From NCBI GenBank assembly GCA_009602725.1, contig WELB01000028.1, positions 836,035 through 900,034 of the forward strand: a DNA stretch of 64,000 nt. Direction: 5' to 3'. Below are positions 24,714-35,984 of the stretch, piece by piece (position 1 is the first letter of the stretch; each line of letters opens with the position of its first letter). The stretch is from Spirogloea muscicola (Eukaryota). The notes under the pieces were generated by a model. The model made no database searches and was not told the origin of the DNA. It was given only the letters and a program-made list of their open reading frames with translations. The translations under genes were made by a program, and so were the position numbers.

Positions 24714-26280
24714 TCATGATTCTCCGTCTTTGGTGATCTTCTTTGTTCCGCGCATCCAAAGGGGCAGCATGAGCTGAAATTGCTCCCACACAACCCTTCC
24801 CCAAGGTGCTCCATTCGGGAAGTAGACCTGCAAATGCTGACTGCTACATAAGTTGGACAAACTGTATATAATAAGGGTCCCAGCACACTCTTTTTGACCG
24901 CACAAAGATTCCATAATCAATTGGGGCTGTGCAGCTGGACAACTTGAGTATACATGGCAGTCACTGTCCGGTCCACTTACGGCATTGTAGCCATCACCCT
25001 GCAAGGCCCACTTGTCGGCAAAGACATGCACATTCTTGGTCGTCACAGCCCCTTCATCCTCAGAGCTACTGCCCTTAACAGGGTCATAAGCATTGACCAA
25101 GGGCAGCCCGGCATGGGTCCATGCCAGGATGGAGCCTTTCAGGTTGAATGCTTCTAAGCCTCGCTTTTGGAGGTCAGCAGCATATTTCCCACTTCGGAAA
25201 CCTATGGTACTGTGCGTATTGACAAACGAAGTCCTTGTCAGGTTGAGAATTACAAGCCCATGACGCCTGAATGCATGCTGCGGCACAGGGACAAGCTGCA
25301 GATGACCTGCCACAGCCGGCTGCGTACAGGAATTTTACCAGTAGCAGACAACCTTATGATTCACATAGTCCTCAATTTGATCCTCGAAGTCCTTCTTCCT
25401 CAGAGTTCCACTGGGTATCATGGACACATTTGCCTCATCATCTGTCCTAGCATCTACCACAACAATTTTCGCTCCTCCTTGGGCCTGCTTCTTCAGTTGC
25501 GACCTCAGGGTCTCCACGTCCATCTCAGGCACCTGAAGCATGTCTTGTAGGAATGACTGTCAAATACAGCACTGTAGTCCAGCACTTTCCCTGGCAGAGA
25601 GAGAGCCCAAGTAGCAGCTATGCTGTATCGAGGTTACAATTGTAGTAAACGAGGCAAACAAGCTGCTCTCATGACCAAATAATGCAGAATAAATGCTCGT
25701 GATCTCAGCGTTAAAAGAGGGGATGCACAGTCACCAATTCCATATGGTTGGTGAACATGGTATCAATGGATACGCCTCTGCGGAACTGACATTGGGAAAT
25801 GCAGACTCCTTCATCTTCTGGTACATGGCCTCCATCTCGGCCCGACGCTTCTCAGCAGGCTCCGTGGCCGCCATGGTGCAGGCCACGCCTCGGGTGGCTG
25901 CTAAGCAACGGCCTCGTGACCTGCCTGGGCTAAGCCTTCCGGAAGGCCTGCAGCACGAGGCTCTAAAAATGAGACTCTGACTGCTGGAGTGCCTCTAATC
26001 TGACGGCGCGACTGCTGGAAGCGGTGCCAGACGACGGCGCAGCGGCCAAGCTTCGGCCGCTCAATGGCGAGTGCAGGCACAGAGGAGCCGGAGGAACGGC
26101 TCGCTCCAGCTCACTGGCTTGCAGGCTGGAGCGGAGGCCCCCTGTGGGGCCGGCGCTGGCCGGCGCGGGCCGCGAGGGCGGGGCTGGCGGCGCGCCGAAG
26201 CTCNGACACGCTGGCTCGGCGGCGGCGGCGGCGGCGGCGACGGCGGCGGCGGCGGCGGCGGCGGTGGCGGAGGCTGGCAT
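24714..26280 (-). CDS. Rhodanese-like domain protein with transit-peptide-like N-terminus
   Basis: Spliced IVVVDARTDDEANVSMIPSG...VVCYC-TIGFRSG...AFNLKGSILAWTHAGLPLV gives a rhodanese fold with a CTIGFR active-site loop. Confidence 0.85.
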
Positions 26281-26610
26281 GGCCGGTCTCGGAGAAGCGG
26301 CTACGTCGGTCGAGCTTAGCCCAATTTGGGTGATTTCCTTCAGTTGGCGCGCCTTCTCTACTTCGACTTCCTCGTCCATTCCTTTGGGCTGGCCTCTCAC
26401 AGCACCAGTCAATCTGGCCGCGCTTTCTACTTCGACGCTTTCACACCCGGAGCCCACACGCCGGACTTAGCTTGGCTCTTCGGTCCTAGGCTCTAGCCAT
26501 ACATCAGCGTGCTGGGCGGGCACTGAGCCAGGCCACTGGCGTACACTGTTGTCCGTTCCTTTGGCTGGCCTCTCAAAGCCATCGCTGTCGATTTGGAAGA
26601 GCTGCTTTTT

Positions 26611-27280
26611 TCTGCCGTCATGCCACTCCAGCAACGGGCCGACGGTCTCCACGCTCGTCGCGTGGACCTTGTGGCCACCCCACCGGCAGGCGGGCCACAT
26701 CTTCTCCTGGACGTGGTGACCACCGACTGCTATGACCGCTCCCATCCAACCCAGTGTGCCACCAAAGCTGGGTATGCGGTAGCCTGCGCAGCTCGGGCCA
26801 AGGAGCTTAAATACGCAGATCACCCGCGGGAAGACGAGTTCTTCCCGCTCGCCATCGATACGCACGGGGCGCTGGGCGCTCGGTGGCTCGAGCTGCTCAA
26901 CCAGCTCTCTCGTCACGCCATTGTCCGCCGCTTCCATGGGGAGCCGGTGGACTCCCATGCAGCAGGGTCGCTAGCGCAGGTGTACCGCATGCGCTTGGCC
27001 GTCTCGCTGCAGAGGTCTATGGCCCGCGCGCTGCACCTGTGTGCAGGCAGAGCCCTCGCTGCTGCCTCTGGCTCTGGCCAGGGGACCCGCTTCCAGGAAC
27101 CCAGTCTCTCTGACCTGAGGCTGCTTAGCAGGGGTTACTGAGTGCTTCGTAGCTGCTTCGCTTCTTTTCTGTGCTTGTTGTTCCTCGTACTTCCCCTGGC
27201 CACTTCTCGTCCTTTGTACATTCTTTCCTGGGCTGGCTCTTTCCAGCCCCTATCCTCAATGGGCGAGCCCTTCTCTCTTT
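26611..27280 (+). mobile_element. 5'-truncated retrotransposon copy (subfamily B), endonuclease C-terminus plus 3' UTR
   Basis: RRVDLVATPP...LLDVVTTD...AARAKELKYAD...FFPLAIDTHGALG..., near-identical to 39068-39860. Confidence 0.9.
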
Positions 27281-27599
27281 TTCCTTACACGGTGGTGCTC
27301 CGGCGCCTCAGATAAATCTGGCAGACAGGTATATGCCCACTTGTAGGTACTAGTCCCCATTCAGTTTTTTATGCTTATTTGTTACTTGGTCCCTGTTAGA
27401 TCTTTCTATGTTCTTCTCACACAGGGTACTGGCTTGCTTGCCTCCCTTTTTAGTACATGCGCACCGTGCACCTGCCTTGTCTCGCTCCTCTAGGCCTTGT
27501 TGAAGATCTGTGGTCGTTCTGCTCTTCTTTGTGGGCTGGCTTTCCACAGCCCTTGTCCCCTTTGAAGATAGCTGATTCTTCTACTTCTTCTTCCTCGCC

Positions 27600-27850
27600 T
27601 GGCTGGGCAAAAGCCCACGCAGAGCACAGAAACTGGAGGCTGCATCCAGAAATGAGAGGCCTACAAGGACCAGATTCCGGAAAGCACTTCTGTCCGTGCC
27701 CTGTCCATTATCATGGCGCCCATGGTAAGAGGCGGTCCTCCCTCCTCCAGCAACTGGTCGAGCTCGTTGACGCGCGTCGTCGTGAAGTGGGGAGCAAGCT
27801 TGGGGTACACAAGCTATCCGCAGTCATTTGTTGCATAGAATTGGCTAGAA
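27600..27850 (+). mobile_element. Highly diverged relic of a related endonuclease C-terminus
   Basis: HFCPCPVHYHGAHGKRRSSLLQQLVELVDARRR aligns by eye with EFFPLAIDTHGALGARWLELLNQLSRHAIVRR. Confidence 0.4.
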
Positions 27851-28954
27851 TTGGCCTCCCTTTCAATTTCATGTGCACCGTGCACTTTCTCTCTGTTTAC
27901 TATAGAGTGCGACTTTTGCTTACCTTGTTGCGCTCCCGACATTTGCTATTCATCAGCATGCTGGGCGCGCACTAAGCCAGGCCACTGGCTTTCGAGGCGA
28001 TACTCCCGCTCCCCAAGTTAGCCTGTCAAATCTCTATGTGCTCACAACTGGGCACTTCACTCACCCTTCAGCTGGTCTCCGTATAGTAAATCAGGCCCCC
28101 TAAGCAGAGGGCTTCGCTTCGAATAGCTCCAACCACTGCACTAGCTTTACCTGAACAGTGTGTTAGCTTGGCTTTTCCTGTGCGCAGCACGCCTTTTCTC
28201 TTTCGGTGCTTACCCGTCCCATCAGACCTAGTCAAGCTTCTCGGCTAGCCTTTCGATACCATCCGGAAGAGTAGTCTTACAATTCGGAACTCGTGAATCC
28301 CACTTGGGCTAGCCATCTCCTCGTTTCTGGCCCTCCTGCAGGAACAGGGTAACTGGCCTCGGCTTGGCGTCCCTTTCAAATCATAGACGCCGCGCGCCTT
28401 CGCTCTCGCGCTTGCGACGCCACACTCGAGCAACGGCTCGTTGTGGCAAGAGACGGGGAAGGGGGCCACGAGACAGTGCCATCAGTTTGACGACTGGCGT
28501 GACAAAGGTCGGGTTATCGGGCCTCAACTTGGGTCGCAGTGAGAGGCAGGACGGGCCCCCACAAAGAGGGGGCGGGCGGACCTGACGCTGACGCGCGCAG
28601 CTTCGCAGCAGGCCGCGTGGCGGCGGCTGACGGCAGCCTTGCTCAGCGTGGCGTGCGTGGCTTGGGCCTGCCGAGCGGACACGTGGTGGTGGCGTGGGTA
28701 GGGGGGGGTGAATTCACGTCGTCTCACCGGCGGCGGGGGAAAAATAAGAAAAGATGAAAGAAGGCGGTGACCATGAGAGAAAGTAAAGTCCTTCGGCTTT
28801 GGAAATTGTCCATTCTTTTTAGCCTGGCTTTGCGGGGCGCGCTTTTCTCGCTTTGCCAGAACCTCTTCTCTATGGGCGAGCACTTTCTTCTCTATGGGCG
28901 AGCACTTTCTTCCCAAGGGGCGAAGCAAGCACGGCCTAATTTAACTGGCTAAAG

Positions 28955-29418
28955 GGGGCGCCGCAAAGGAGCGCAAGTACTCAGATCACCCGGTAGGCGA
29001 CGAGTTTATCCCACTCGCCGTCGACGTACACGGCGCCTTTGGCGCCAAATGGCTGGACCTCCTTCACCGCCTTGCGCGGCGAGCAGCGGCCCGCCGCGAC
29101 GGGCAGCAAGGCGAGCAGCCTGGCTTCCATGTCGCCGGGTCCCTCGCCCAAGTTTACCGGATGCGCCTGGCCGTCTCTTTGCAGCGGTCCCTAGCTTTTG
29201 CGGTCCACTTGCGCGCAGGCCGCGCTCTGGCGGCGGCCTCCGGCTTCCGTCAGGGCGACGTCTTTCCGCCTGCTAGCTACTCAGACTTGCATCTACTGAC
29301 GAGAGGTTACTGAGAGTTCGCTTACTGCTGTCTCAGTCCTTAGCACTCCGACTCCTTCAGACCTTGTCCATTCTTTTGGGCTGGCCTCTCCCAGCCACCG
29401 GTTAATCTGGCCGCGCTT
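28955..29418 (+). mobile_element. 5'-truncated retrotransposon copy (subfamily C)
   Basis: KERKYSDHPVGDEFIPLAVDVHGAFGAKWLDLL...RMRLAVSLQRS...ASYSDLHLLTRGY*, followed by a 3' UTR ending ccagccaccggttaatctggccgcgctt. Confidence 0.85.
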
Positions 29419-29542
29419 GCTCTCGGGCTGTGAAAGTCCGGCAGCTAGTCTGTCGTCGGATTTGAGGCTCCTCACTCGTCGCTACTGAGTTGTCCATCCT
29501 CCACCCGTTTCTGCCGTGGCGCTTTGGGCCCCTCCGTCCTTT

Positions 29543-29795
29543 GGCCCCTTCGAACCTCTGTCAATTCTTTTCGGTCTGGCTTTTCACAGCCCTTGCCCCC
29601 ATTGGGAGAGAAGTGCGCGCCCATAGAGAAGAGGGGCTGGCAAACCCAGCAAAGCCAGCCCAAAAAGGAATGGACAATGTCCGGGAGAGCCACTTGTTCT
29701 GTGAGCCAGCCAGCCAGAAAAGAGAAGTGGCTCTCCAATGGGGGCAAGGGCTGTGAGAAGCCAGCCAGCAAGAATTGACAAGGTCCGAAGGGGCA
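29543..29795. repeat. ~65-bp imperfect inverted repeat built from retroelement 3' ends, with another 3' end in the spacer
   Basis: gccccttcgaacctctgtcaattc...cacagcccttgcccccattggg (29543-29606) versus its reverse-complement-like copy at ~29730-29794. Confidence 0.75.
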
Positions 29796-30908
29796 TGAAG
29801 AGCCCTGAATGAACAAGGCGGCTGCGAGAGGCCAGCCCAGAAAAATGAATGAACAAGGATGCACTTCTTTGTTCATTCATTTCATTCATGCAAGAAGCTC
29901 TCTTCCAGTATAAGGAAGTGGCTGTTAGAGGCCAGCCCAAAAGGGATATACAGAGGCTTAGAGGGGGCCGGAACAAGGGGCAAAAACCCGATGATCACTT
30001 CAAGACTTCTGCTGGACTTCTGCGTCGTCGATCGGGCGGCGAGCCCCGTCGATTAGAGAAAGGGGAGTGCTCGCCCATAGTCAAAGAGGGGCTAGCAAAG
30101 CCAGCCCAGAAAAGAATAGAGAAAGGGGGCTTCCCAACACGGGCGCGCACCACTTCTTCCCAAGACGGGGCCAATGGGCTGTACTAGGGCAGCCCTGGAA
30201 GTCTATTTTTCCTGCTTTCCTTAGAAAGATTGGACAACGGAGCCCCACCCGCCTGCTCCACGGCCCGCCCTTTCGGACCTTGTCAATCTCCCAGATTGGG
30301 CTGGCCGTCCACAAACCCTCGCGCCCTGTAGAAGGGCTCTTTCACAATCATCGCCCGAACTGGGGACAAGCCCGCCTTCAATTGACGGCCGTCGCCCGAT
30401 TTCAGAGGAACTTCCATCGGACGCGCATCCCCCCCACCGCGGGCCTCCGTCCCACCGTCCCAGCCCAAACCGCTCTCCCCGTACCGGCTATGGCGGCGGG
30501 CCCTCCGCCCGGCCGGCCGCCATAGCCGCTGCCCCGCCGACGCACACACCCTCCCCACCTTTGGCTATGGCGTCGCCCGCCTGAGCCTCGGTCCTGGAGG
30601 ACTTCCACTCCCATCTCCCTGCGGCAGACGGCCCGCACCGGCGACCACCTCGCCGCCGCCGCCGCCGCCGCTGCTTGCAGCGCCTCCAGGCCCGTCCGCC
30701 TCGTTACGGCCGTCCGTCTCCTGGCTGATGTAGTCGCGTGCAGGGGCTCCCATCTCCCTGCCTTAGGCCGCGCAGCTTGTCCCTCGCTGCCGTCACTGCA
30801 GCGTGCTCGCCGGCAACGGATCAGGCCCGCTGCCGTCGCTGCGCACGCTTCCTTCCTCGAGCCGGGCTCCGCGCCGCTTGGAGGCGGTGCACACCCCTTC
30901 CCGGAGCC

Positions 30909-33900
30909 ATGTCTGAGCCAACACCTATCCCAGGGAAGGTGGAGGAGTGCTTGGCGGGTCCTGGGGCCGGAAAGGACGATGCTCTATCAGCTGCGGGCAA
31001 GTACAACTCCGCAGCTGCATTCGTAGAGTCAGGCGTGCAGGACGGGCTTGAGGATGCTTGTAGCATCTGTCTCGAGACGTTCACTTTCGATGAACCCAGC
31101 ACGGTGAGCCTTGAAGTGCACTTGTAGCAACTCTCTGCAGTCCTTGTGTCTCTGCTGGCAACGGCTCATGCTTATCTTCTCGGCAGCATAAACCTGAAAT
31201 GTGTTCGTCAATATCAATGTCTTACGCTCAGAAGACTGGATGCATTAGCATGCGGTCTGCATAGCACTTGTCAATTGGCAGTCAAGGAGTCCCACTTGAG
31301 AAGGCACAAGGAGTTAACTGCAAGGAGCCACCATCATGCACTTTTCTAGGATGAGCTTGTTCTGTCTGTCTGGCTTGTTCAATGCTCTTCAATCTTCGTC
31401 AAAGTCTTGAGTGCCGACGATTGAGTACCAACTTCTCCTTGGCAGCTGACGACTTGCAACCATGAGTATCACCTGCAATGCATCCTGGAATGGTGCGTCA
31501 AAACAACCCTGTGCTCTGCACGCCCACAGATGGCACTCCGTCGAACATTGATCACATACAAGCCTTAGGAGTGCTTAGGAAGCAGGCATGCTGTCAGCAT
31601 GTTGCAAAGCTGTTAACGCGATCATTACATTCATATCAGCCCTACATGTAGCTCTGCGACTGTAGCTGAATAGTGAGTGCCCTGATTAGCAAGCGTTTCT
31701 GTGAGGCATTGCAGCCTTTGCTCAGGCTGTACGATCCTCTCTGTAATCTGTATTGAAGCCCGTGTGCCGAGTTGACAGGGCCCAAAGGAGCCAAGATTGT
31801 CCCATGTGTTGGCAACCCTTGAGTTTGAGAGATGCAGACAGGTATGTCCAGGATGTCCTCGTGCAAGTCAAGAGCGTGAGGCAAAGCCTGAGTATGCTTG
31901 CCAGTAGTTTGCATCTTGGTAACCCCTGGTATTTGATGTACTCCCACTAGCAGGGATTGCAAGCTAGTTGAGGAAAGGTACAGGTGCAAGGTATTTAGAC
32001 TGACTTCCAAGTAGCAGCAAGGTTGTGATGGAACTCTTTCAGTGAGGGCAGATTAAGCGGGTGTGTTTGTCACGTATACACAGTAGATGTCGGACTTCTA
32101 CTTTCTGATTTTCTGCTATTCTTGTACTGCCAGCCAAGAGCTACTAGAGGCTTGCAGCCAAGAGAGGGCGCTTCTTAAGCAGGCGTTATCGCCTCCTGTC
32201 TTCTATCGTGCGCCACTAGATGGCTTCGAGATGATTAGAGTATGTACAACGCACAAGCTGTATCTATAAAATTGTTGCTCACGTGGTCCATGTGCATGCC
32301 TGTCATACATTGCCCTGGGGTCCAATCCCTTCTATTGTTCTGGTTTGATGGTGGACACATCAGACTAGCTGCCATGGCATTCCGTCATCTCTGAGTCTGA
32401 TATTGGCCTCATCTGAGGAGCGTCGGCCACTAGTTGCCATCATGCATTGGCTCTCCTTGCAGGCGCCAGTGACCTTGTTGCTCCTGGCATTCTCTTTTGC
32501 AGTATGCAGCCTCCTATCCTGATGATACAGACCTGGAGCGGCGCATCATGCAGCATCTTGCAGCAGCTGCTGCTGGCATGTCAAGGGCTCGCCTGGCAAA
32601 TCAGGATAGTGATTCTGCAAGTACGCCATTGGCGGTCACGCATGCAGCCAGTTTTGGAGGTGCCACTAGTGCTCCAAACGCCGCAGCAGGTCCATCTACT
32701 TCTACTGGCAGGTCAGGGGGATTGTCAGCAGCGGGGATCAGCAAGGCAAGTAGCAGCAGCTCACCCATCAGTCCACTGAGTGGATCGTCAAGAACAGCGA
32801 GCGCTCCTGGCATGCTGCTGACGGGCAGTGGGGCAGGTCCAGCTGTGATAGTAGGATCTGCTCCACCCGTGGGCTCAGGGCGGCTACTGAGGGAACACAC
32901 TCGCAAGGATGTAAAAGACAGACACAGGTCAATATCAATTGATTGTGGTGAGAGTAGCCAGCGGGACACACCCAGTGGTTCTGATGCTCGGTAGGTATGC
33001 TTGTGCGCTTATGAGGACAGCATTGAGTTGCATGGACGCTGTGGTGTGCAAGACTGTTTTGCCTAGCAGAGGGCCAAGACCTGCTCGTAGGTCATGGGGC
33101 AAGACGTTGAAGGAGCTGTCATGCGCCTGGCGCATGTTGCCTCTGTGCTTATGACGGCCACTTTCTGATTTGCTTGTTGAGATGTTGGTCTCAGAGACTA
33201 CCAGGGCAGTGAAGTACCAAGCTCCAGTTCTGCAGAGTCATTGAAGGGCCGTTTTGTAGCAGCATCCACCAGGTTGGCTTGACTGTTGCGGATTGACCTA
33301 ACTTCCACTTAGCTGGAGCATGAGTCAGCCAGTTGACTTTGCGCGTGCTGAGTTGGGCGTGCTAGTCGGTCTGCTAGCTGTCTCATCTCAACTCTTATTG
33401 TTGATGACATACTCTTTTGATGGGCACCAGATACAGAGAGACCTTGTCAAAGAGCACTCGCTCCTTCCGTGAGCGGCTTCGGCTACGAAGTACCGCAGTT
33501 GCTGACCTGAGTGCGCGGGCACGAGAAATGAGTGCCGGAGTTATGCGGGCCTTCGAGCGACCACCGGTCGATGCATCAGACTTAGCCTTGAGGTTTGATA
33601 CAACTAGCCAGCACCCTGCTACAAGCTAAAATTTGGCGCCAACTGACTCGTGTGTTGTGCTTGCTCTTCGACCAGCAAAATGGTCGTACCAACTGCCTGG
33701 ACTATGCAGCTGTTTTGGCTACAGTATACACAGCTTCCCCTGTTTTGCTAGATTTCTGTCGCCAGACTTGTGATGTGAAAGGAAGTTTCATGTTAACGGG
33801 ACCCTAGTATTTCTGCTGTTCGCATTGTGAGATGGGTAGCTTTCATCAATCGCATTCTGATGCCTCAGAGCTGCCGGAGCTGATGCTGAAAGACCTCCTA

Positions 33901-34121
33901 CAGCTGCGGTTGATGGGGATGAGCCGTCCCGCACACCAGAGCCGAGTCTGACATCAGCAATAGTGCCTGGAGAAAATGGCAATGATGTGGATTCTGATGA
34001 GGGCGTTAGCAGCTTAACCTCACACAAGGCAAGGATAACGACAGCAAGTGGAGATGGCTCAGTTGCCGGCGCTGTTCGGGCAAGTCAGCAAAAGGTGGAC
34101 ATCATGTTACACCTGAAATAA
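30909..34121 (+). CDS. RING-H2 E3 ubiquitin ligase, RHF2A/RHF1A-like
   Basis: SAAAFVESGVQDGLEDACSICLETF...CNHEYHLQCILEW-AQRSQDCPMCWQPLSLRD-SQELL; LERRIMQHLAAAAA; SLKGRFVAAST-RYRETLSKSTRSFRERL. The last exon is less certain. Confidence 0.9.
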
Positions 34122-35639
34122 TGCGTGTATAGGACATCATTGGGAGTCTGATACACAGGAATGTTGCATGAATTGACACAGATTGTAAGTGTTATTTAGC
34201 AAGACGCTGAGTGTTCATTTGTTTGAAGATTTTCTGTTACAGTCACTGATTTCTTTTCTGGTCGCAGGCTAATACAGAGGGTGATGAACAACATTCACCC
34301 TCAATCCCCCTGTCAGCATGAGAGGACAGCTTAGTTTTGTAGCTTCATTGGAATTGCTTGAAGCACTTCCAATAAGTACTTAGTCCACCCTTAGCTTAGT
34401 TGAGACGCTTTAGCAGACACTTTTGCCTGCAGTTGGTTACTTGCTAAGCCTCCTGTTTAGGAACCACTTAGAGCATGACATCCAAACCCCCATTACCCCC
34501 ACCATATCCCCAACCCCCCCCACCCCCTCCCCCCTTCGCTTCTCTCCACCTCAGGAGGGTGGAAAGAGGAGGGAGATTTGCCCAGATTATGGTGTGTGGT
34601 GGATTCTGCTTATTGACAGGGGGTACTGACACAGGTAGGAGATTCTAACGGATATCCTCACTGGTGCAATGCCCAAATTTGAGAGCACTGCACTCACCAC
34701 TCACCAGGTAAAGTATACCCAATGGGTTGTTGCTCTTTATATATATCACTCTGCAGCATCGGTCGAGACAGATGCCTGTTGACAAAGAGTGCCACTGGCC
34801 CTGTCCTTCGTTTTCTACCTGCTGAGAGCCTGTGAAAGGGAAGGTGCCTCTATGGACTAGGGGACTGACTACCCAGTTGAATGCTTCGGGTAGCCAACAC
34901 TGAGTTACTAGAGGAAGGGGGGGTCTGAATGCATGTTCTGGCAATGCATGTCATGAGTGCATATGCAAGTCAAGTTTTCCGCAGGTGCTGTGGGTTGGCT
35001 TTTTCATGCCAGATGGGGACATGCATATCAAGCTGGGCTCGTTGCAGCAATCATGCAACAGTCAAACATTAAGTGGAGCCAGCTTGGCAGCAGCAAGCGC
35101 TACTTATGGCTGTGCAACCCCCGTTTCGGTGACGTTTCATAGCGGAAACCTGACATTGGTCGCCATCGCTCTTGCAAGCATGTAGCGTCGACTGTGCGTA
35201 CTTCAGCAGGTCCAGTCCCTCACTGCCGGCGCATCTTAAGCTGCGTTGTTTGGCACCTTCCGGCCCCTTTGGACCTTGTCCCTTCGGCTGTATGCAGGAC
35301 TCACCAGGGTAGCCCCCATTTTGGGAAGACCTTTCCTTTCTGTACCCCCAACTTTCTGCCGGACAAGCTAAATCCACAAAGGAGCGAGGGCTGTGAATGT
35401 ATTATGCTCGTCCACAGGGATAGGAGTTGTGTATTCAGTGATGAGGGCTTTAGTGGCCATGTTCAAAGGCAAGCACATTAGCAGATGTGTGCATTACCTG
35501 CTGTTCAGCTGACCCGCTCAGTAGCCACGAGTCAGCACGTAGAGGTCGCTAACTGATGCTCAGATACTAACTGATGCCCAAATACATACCGCAATTGGCC
35601 ATCCCATCTGTCCGCAAAGATGCTGCTGACGGGAGCTGT

Positions 35640-35880
35640 GAATGGCCAGCCTAGAATGGACAAGGGCCGAAAGGCGCCAGAAAGAAGCCCGGCCAAATTA
35701 AGAAGGTGGCTGGGAAAGGCCAGCCCAAAATTTGAGTAGTTCATCCTACACAAAAAGAATGGACAAGGTCCAAAGAGGCGGAAGGCGCCTATAGCACACA
35801 GCTATGCACGAGACCACAGCGTAGGGGAGCTTATGTAGTGACCCGGGTTAGCAGCAGCAAGTCGGAGTAACTTGCAGCCA
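35640..35880 (-). mobile_element. Cluster of short degenerate retroelement 3' ends
   Basis: Three copies of the ttgtccattct..gggctggc..cagc core plus an SYSDLLLLTR relic. Confidence 0.6.
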
Positions 35881-35984
35881 TGATCACACTTTCTTCAAAT
35901 TACACAGCTAGGCAAGAGACTACAGCGCATGGAAGCTTAGTGACCCCGAGACGGGAGCGCGGGCAGGCCACGCCAGCGCCAGCG

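Noticed and set aside
29560..30310. Closely spaced gggctggc repeats as a CRISPR-like array
   Set aside because: Irregular spacing, mixed orientation, degenerate units, a eukaryotic context and no cas genes. They are explained as retroelement tails.
34420..35500. Short ORFs downstream of RHF2A
   Set aside because: No recognisable motifs or consistent splice pattern. It may be decayed repeat sequence, but this cannot be supported.
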